Assembly: GCA_019428815.1 (NCBI GenBank)
Contig: JAHYJW010000001.1
Location: 47,119 to 111,118, forward strand
Source of the DNA: Patescibacteria group bacterium
GTDB taxonomy: Archaea; Nanobdellota; Nanobdellia; Pacearchaeales; GW2011-AR1
Direction of reading: 5' to 3'
DNA: 64,000 nt
The notes beneath the pieces are model-generated. The model searched no databases. It was not told where the DNA came from and saw nothing but the letters and a program-made list of their open reading frames with translations. The position numbers and the translations under genes were made by a program. Positions 58,819 through 64,000 of the stretch are shown piece after piece. Numbering within the stretch: position 1 is the first letter of the stretch; each line of letters opens with the position of its first letter.

Positions 58819-59144
58819 AAATTTTTATAGATAAAATGTTTATAAATATTTGGGTATTGTTACTATCCTTAAGTTAATAAAACTTTGTTAGATATTCTAA
58901 TATGCGCTTAAGGATTAAAATTTTTTATTTTCAAATAGTTTCATTAAAAATCAAATTTTTAAGTTTTTTTGAAATAATTAAGTTTTTTTGTTTAAGTATT
59001 ATCTATCTCACAAAATTTCATTCTTAAAAATATCCTTAAAGAATAAGGTTTGATTAAATATTAATTAAGTGGGATAAAAAACTAACTTAGGATATGAAAT
59101 CACTTTTAATGATTAAAACAATCTAAAAAACATAAATTTATAAT

Positions 59145-60740
59145 ATGGAAAATTTAGAAACTAGAATGGAAGAAGAGCATTGGGCAGATAGAATAGCAAA
59201 AAAATTGATAGAAGTAAATAAAAATAAAAAGAAGTTTATTTTGGCTTCTGGAATTACTCCTTCAGGAAAGGTCCATATCGGAAATTTTAGGGACATCATC
59301 ACTTCTGATTTAGTTTGTAGATCTCTAAAAGAAAAGGGTTATGAGGCCCAGATTATCTTTTCTTGGGATGATTATGATCGTTTAAGAAAAATTCCTTCTA
59401 ATGTACCTGAATCTTTTTCTCAGTATATAGGCATGCCACTTTGTGAGATTCCAGATCCTTACGGGTGCCATAAATCTTATTCAGAACATTTTGCATCAGA
59501 ATTAGAAGAAGTTCTTCCTTCTTTGGGAATAGACTTAAGATTTATAAGACAGTCTCAGATGTACAAAGCAAATGAATATTACCCCTTAATAAAAAAGGCA
59601 ATTCAAGAAAGAAAGAAAATTGCAAAAATATTAGGAGAATTTAGGACTCAGGGTATTTCAGAAGAAGAATTAGAATCTTATTTTCCCCTCCAGGTATACT
59701 GTAGATCATGCAAAAAAAGTAATGGAACAAAAATAGTTGATTATGATGGGGAAAGTATCATTACTTACTCTTGTGATTGTGGTCATCATAAAACAGTGGA
59801 TATTTCAAAAGAGAATGTTGGAAAGTTAAGTTGGAAAGTTGATTGGCCTATGAGGTGGGGATTTGAAAGCGTTGATTTTGAGCCAGGAGGTTCTGATCAT
59901 TCTTCTCCAGGAGGGAGTTTTGAAACAGCATCTAAAATAGCAAAAGAGGTTTTAGACATTAATCCCCCCTATTTTCAGGGATATGCTTTTGTAGGGATAC
60001 AGGGTGCATCAAAAATGTCAAGTTCAAAAGGTACAAGTTTTACTCCTAAAGATTTATTAAAAATCTATGAACCAGAACTTCTTAGATGGGTTTTCTCAAG
60101 AGCAAGACCTAATAAATCTCTGACCTTGTTCTTTGATTCAGATTTAATAAGGCAGTATGAAGAGTTTGATAAAAAAATTTCAAGCTATCATGAAAATAAG
60201 CTTTCTTTAGTAGAAAGAAGAGAAATTGAATTTTCAAGTACAATCCTTAGGGAGATTCCTAAAGTGAGAAATGTTCCATTTAGACAGATTACTTCTTTTG
60301 GTCAGATAGTTCAAGGAAATTTTCAAGAATTAAAAAAGATGTATGAGAGAATTGGAGAAGAATATGATGAAGAAACATTAAAAAGGAGACTTGAAAAATC
60401 CTCTAATTGGGTTAATGAATTCATGCCTGAATTAAAGATAGTGCTTAGAGAAAAACCTAATGTCGAGTACTATAATTCTTTAAGTTCTGAAGAAAAAGAG
60501 CATATTAGAAAATTATCTAAAGAGATGGTGAATCATTGGGATTTGGAAAAACTTACTTGGTTAGTTTATGAAATCCCCAAAAAAATTGAATTTTCTGATG
60601 AAGAAAAAAAGAACTCTCAAAGAAATTTTTTCAAAAACGTTTATCATCTTTTAATTGATCAAGATACTGGGCCTAGACTCCCTACTTTTTTAATCGCTTT
60701 GGGAGAAGAAAAAAGTGTAAAACTCTTAAATTTTGAATAA
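59145..60740 (+). CDS. lysS: Class I lysyl-tRNA synthetase
   Basis: HWAD, SGITPSGKVHIGN, WKVDWPMRW, KMSSSKG, GPRL. Confidence 0.96.
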   Translation: MENLETRMEEEHWADRIAKKLIEVNKNKKKFILASGITPSGKVHIGNFRDIITSDLVCRSLKEKGYEAQIIFSWDDYDRLRKIPSNVPESFSQYIGMPLCEIPDPYGCHKSYSEHFASELEEVLPSLGIDLRFIRQSQMYKANEYYPLIKKAIQERKKIAKILGEFRTQGISEEELESYFPLQVYCRSCKKSNGTKIVDYDGESIITYSCDCGHHKTVDISKENVGKLSWKVDWPMRWGFESVDFEPGGSDHSSPGGSFETASKIAKEVLDINPPYFQGYAFVGIQGASKMSSSKGTSFTPKDLLKIYEPELLRWVFSRARPNKSLTLFFDSDLIRQYEEFDKKISSYHENKLSLVERREIEFSSTILREIPKVRNVPFRQITSFGQIVQGNFQELKKMYERIGEEYDEETLKRRLEKSSNWVNEFMPELKIVLREKPNVEYYNSLSSEEKEHIRKLSKEMVNHWDLEKLTWLVYEIPKKIEFSDEEKKNSQRNFFKNVYHLLIDQDTGPRLPTFLIALGEEKSVKLLNFE

Positions 60741-60812
60741 AGGATAAATTTGTATAATAAAAGTGCATAATTAAAGATTCTGGTTCTTATTTTAATCTAA
60801 ATCCTCTTTAAC

Positions 60813-61097
60813 TTAAAATCTTTCATTAGGAGAAGGATCTTTCATAGCTTGTATCTTTTCTATGGTCTTTTCATTAGCTTTTATTGCAACCTTAGTAAGT
60901 TTAGAGATTCCGAAAAAGAACAAAGATACACCTATAAAAACTAAAGCTAATATCCAGTTAAAAAGAAAGGAGATTAAGCCTATCAATAATGAAATGATTG
61001 ATAGAACTATACATATAACCCCCCCTACTCTATTTTTAGCATTATCCATGTGGACATTCATTGTAGTAAAATCTGCCACATTATTTTTAAAACTCAT
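60813..61097 (-). CDS. Small membrane protein
   Basis: Two TM segments. Confidence 0.55.
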   Translation of the reverse strand: MSFKNNVADFTTMNVHMDNAKNRVGGVICIVLSIISLLIGLISFLFNWILALVFIGVSLFFFGISKLTKVAIKANEKTIEKIQAMKDPSPNERF

Positions 61098-61168
61098 ACA
61101 TAGGGAAGTGAAAAATACTTTAAATATATTTCCCCGAATATCTTTTAAATTTTAGCAAGTGTAACAAA

Positions 61169-61241
61169 CGCCCCGTCCGAGATTCGAACTCGGGTCACGG
61201 CCGTGAGAGGGCCGCATTCTTGGCCTCTGAACTAACGGGGC
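61169..61241 (-). tRNA. tRNA-Glu(CUC)
   Basis: GCCCCGT..ACGGGGC-G; anticodon arm CGGCC-CTCTCAC-GGCCG. Confidence 0.95.
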
Positions 61242-61293
61242 ATAGACCTCTTTGATTTGAGATATCTTTAAGCTTTTTTTTAAATAAAAGCTA

Positions 61294-61366
61294 TAGCCCC
61301 ACCAGGATTCGAACCTGGGTTACGAGATCCAGAGTCTCGCGTTCTTGACCACTGAACTATGGGGCT
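61294..61366 (-). tRNA. tRNA-Gln(CUG)
   Basis: AGCCCCA..TGGGGCT-A with the archaeal A1:U72 pair; anticodon arm CGAGA-CTCTGGA-TCTCG. Confidence 0.95.
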
Positions 61367-61503
61367 TTGTTTAATTATAGACTTATTTACCTTTTATAAC
61401 ATTTTGGTTAGAGTACCCCTTATCTTTTTCGATTTTTTTAAAAATTTGAATGATCTATCTTAAAATCTTGCAATTTTAAGATATCTTGAATTTTAGAATA
61501 AAT

Positions 61504-62559
61504 TTAATCTTTTCCATTACCATGGGCAATACTTTCTTTTAATCCTGCAGGACTTATTTCTATAAAATCTGCTTTTCCACAAAGCTCGTCTATTTTAGAA
61601 GCTCCTACATAAGTCATTCCAGATGCTAAACCTCCTATAAACTTCCTTAAGACACTTTCAACAGAACCCTTTTTTTGAACAAAAATTTTTTCTCCTTCTA
61701 CACTAATCACTTCATTCCGCCTCTTTCCATCAAGCTCTAGTCTTTTTATTGTTGCGTCATAACTTGCCATGCCCCTATAAACTTTATACTCTTTACCCTG
61801 CTTTTCAATAACCTCCCCTGGGGTTTCTTCACATCCAGATACTATAGAACCAACCATTACAGTATTCGCTCCTGCACCAATTGCTTTTACGACATCTCCT
61901 GGAAATCTTATTCCCCCATCTGCACAAATTGGAACTCTGCCTTGAGTTTCTTCATAAACATCCATAATTGCAGTTATTTGAGGAACTCCTGCACCAGTCA
62001 TAATCCGGGTGATACATACAGATCCCGGACCTATACCTACTTTTATAGCATCTGCGCCCTTAGTCAGAAAATAATGAGCTGCGTCTTTTGTTGCCACATT
62101 TCCTACCATTACATCAATCTTTGGAAAGTTTTGTTTAATCCAATCTAGAACTTTTCCCACTCTTTTTGAATGTCCATGAGCGACATCTAAAACTAGAATA
62201 TCCACCCCTACTTTAACTAACTCTTTGGTTCTTTCTTGAAAATCTTTTATTCCAACTGCTGCTGCAGAGATTAAACCCACTTCTTTAACTTTTTTAACTT
62301 CTTTTGATTGTTCTTCTATTGTTAAAAATCTATGAATTACTCCTAATCCTCCGATTTTACCAATTTCAATAGCCATTTTAGATTCGCAAATACTATCCAT
62401 ATTAGCAGCAATAAGGGGGATGTCTATGGAGTAGTTTTTAGTTACCCTTGTTTTTAAAAGAACATCTCTTCTAGAAAAAACTTTATTGTATTTTGGAACA
62501 ATCAAAACATCATCAAATGAAAATCCTCTCCCAATTATTCTTGCCATTTTAACAAGCAT
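61504..62559 (-). CDS. IMPDH/GMP reductase family protein lacking CBS domains
   Basis: [36 protein letters not shown]. Confidence 0.9.
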   Translation of the reverse strand: MLVKMARIIGRGFSFDDVLIVPKYNKVFSRRDVLLKTRVTKNYSIDIPLIAANMDSICESKMAIEIGKIGGLGVIHRFLTIEEQSKEVKKVKEVGLISAAAVGIKDFQERTKELVKVGVDILVLDVAHGHSKRVGKVLDWIKQNFPKIDVMVGNVATKDAAHYFLTKGADAIKVGIGPGSVCITRIMTGAGVPQITAIMDVYEETQGRVPICADGGIRFPGDVVKAIGAGANTVMVGSIVSGCEETPGEVIEKQGKEYKVYRGMASYDATIKRLELDGKRRNEVISVEGEKIFVQKKGSVESVLRKFIGGLASGMTYVGASKIDELCGKADFIEISPAGLKESIAHGNGKD

Positions 62560-62702
62560 ATCTATGAAAAGAGGTTATAAAAACATTATTAAAAAAAAGT
62601 TCCTAAAAAATATACCCTTATCCTCTTTATATCTTATTTTAATTAAATTATCTCTAAGAAATTAGGGGATAAATTTAAATTTAGAGATTCTTTTGGTTTA
62701 TT

Positions 62703-63152
62703 ATGTTAAGAAGAGTACATATATTCATGGGGCTATTTTTGGCATTGTATTTTTTACCTCATGTAAACCATAAGATTCTTTTTTTTCCAATAGTTTTGAT
62801 ATCGAGTATTATCCCAGATTTAGATACTATCTTTTTTCCCCATAAAACTCATTATAAAATTATTAAGATGTTGAAATCTGAACCTTATAAAAATTTTATG
62901 CATAGCTATACTCTTTGTATTTTTCTTTCTCTAATTTTAGCATTTTTTTACCCTATTATTGCTTTACCCTTTTTTATAGGATATTCTTTTCATTTATTTT
63001 TTGAGAGTCTTACTACTTATGGTACTCGACCTTTTTGGCCAGCAAAAATCAGATCAAAAGGTTTTATAGCTCCTGAAGGAACTATCGAAAAGACCTTGAC
63101 GGTCATTCTGGGAATTTTAAGTGTTATCTTAATCTTGGGTTATCTTATTTGA
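62703..63152 (+). CDS. Membrane metal-dependent hydrolase (YdjM/DUF457-like)
   Basis: PDLD, HS, GYSFHL and G..PFWP motifs; TM segments. Confidence 0.75.
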   Translation: MLRRVHIFMGLFLALYFLPHVNHKILFFPIVLISSIIPDLDTIFFPHKTHYKIIKMLKSEPYKNFMHSYTLCIFLSLILAFFYPIIALPFFIGYSFHLFFESLTTYGTRPFWPAKIRSKGFIAPEGTIEKTLTVILGILSVILILGYLI

Positions 63153-63186
63153 TTTTTAGAAAAGTTTTTATATCTGCTCCCCCTTT

Positions 63187-63546
63187 TTGTCTTATACTCG
63201 GAGCAAAAATCTTAAAATGGTTAATTTTTTACTAATCGTCCTGATATCTTTTTTAATTGTTTTTATTTACTTTAAAGCTAATAATCTTAGGACTAAAACT
63301 GCTTATATTTTCATATACTTAGGAATGGCATTTTTGCTTCTTATGGGTTATTTGATTGTTTATCCTCTACTTTCTGGAAGAGAAGTAAATCTTTCAGTTA
63401 TAGAAGATATATCTGGCTCTACAAGAACTTTTTTTTCTTGGTTAGGAACAACCTTTACTAATGTTGTTGAAACAACTGGAAATATTATAAGTGGGGATTG
63501 GATAAAAGATAACTTAACTAAAGAGCCCCCTAAAAATAAGAGTTAA
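63187..63546 (+). CDS. Hypothetical membrane protein (probable start 63217)
   Basis: Two TM segments. Confidence 0.55.
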   Translation: MSYTRSKNLKMVNFLLIVLISFLIVFIYFKANNLRTKTAYIFIYLGMAFLLLMGYLIVYPLLSGREVNLSVIEDISGSTRTFFSWLGTTFTNVVETTGNIISGDWIKDNLTKEPPKNKS

Positions 63547-63547
63547 A

Positions 63548-63802
63548 ATGAAAGTAGCCCTTTTAGCATTTATAAAATTCTTTTTTATAGCCTCTTTGTT
63601 TATTATTAGCAATGGAAACTTACACCTTAAAGATACTGATGAAAGGCAAGTTTTTTTTGATTTGTATACCTCCTGGCTTGAAGATGTTTTTGAACAAGGA
63701 GTAGAAGTTACAGGTTATGTTGTTAACTCAAGATGGTTACCTGGAAATAATTATAATCCTAATCAAATATTTCAACCTTTAATCTTTAAAGAAATCTTTT
63801 AA
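63548..63802 (+). CDS. Hypothetical membrane protein
   Basis: N-terminal TM; starts 1 nt after the upstream stop. Confidence 0.55.
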   Translation: MKVALLAFIKFFFIASLFIISNGNLHLKDTDERQVFFDLYTSWLEDVFEQGVEVTGYVVNSRWLPGNNYNPNQIFQPLIFKEIF

Positions 63803-64000
63803 TTCTGTCCCTTGAGATGAAACTTCTCTATACTTTTTAATTTGTTCATTTGTTAGTTTCTCAAAAAGAATTTCAGGTTTTCTGATTTTATGCTTTTCTC
63901 CCAAATCCTTTCCAATTTCCTCCCAAATTCCTGAAGAAAGAGGACTACCTTTTAGAGAAATTTGATTCCAAACTCTTTTAGACGTTTTAGGTAAATAAGG
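63779..64000 (-). CDS. metG: Methionyl-tRNA synthetase, C-terminal end (gene continues beyond window)
   Basis: Manual translation PYLPKTSKRVWNQISL...WEEIGKDLGEKHKIRKPEILFEKL...KDFFKD*, typical of the end of the MetRS anticodon-binding domain. Confidence 0.7.
   Translation of the reverse strand, partial: PYLPKTSKRVWNQISLKGSPLSSGIWEEIGKDLGEKHKIRKPEILFEKLTNEQIKKYREVSSQGTELKDFFKD

Overview
AT-rich, gene-dense archaeal chromosome segment, most likely from a DPANN archaeon (Pacearchaeota/Woesearchaeota-like; this taxonomy is inferred). It carries mainly informational genes: mcm (partial), tbp, DNA ligase, rpl15e, valS, aRF1, rpoL, radB, nreA, topA, tfs, cdc48, polB, fen1, rfcS/L, class I lysS and metG (partial), plus 5 tRNAs. 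A complete type V-A CRISPR-Cas locus (cas12a-cas4-cas1-cas2, leader, 27 identical 36-bp repeats, 26 spacers) lies just 3' of tRNA-Gly(CCC). Two spacer pairs hit the same protospacer in sequence variants that differ almost only at synonymous codon positions, which reads as a record of escape and re-acquisition. The best candidate for an undescribed system is a two-gene module at 30001-31931: an RHH regulator plus a receptor-like protein (signal peptide, Cys-rich ectodomain, one TM helix, cytoplasmic HNH nuclease). Other oddities are a near-identical 68-bp repeat between the cdc48 D1 and D2 domains, a membrane/secreted JAB-like protein beside the array, tandem decapeptide-repeat paralogs and a split MetRS. 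All calls were made by eye from motifs; no database searches were run.
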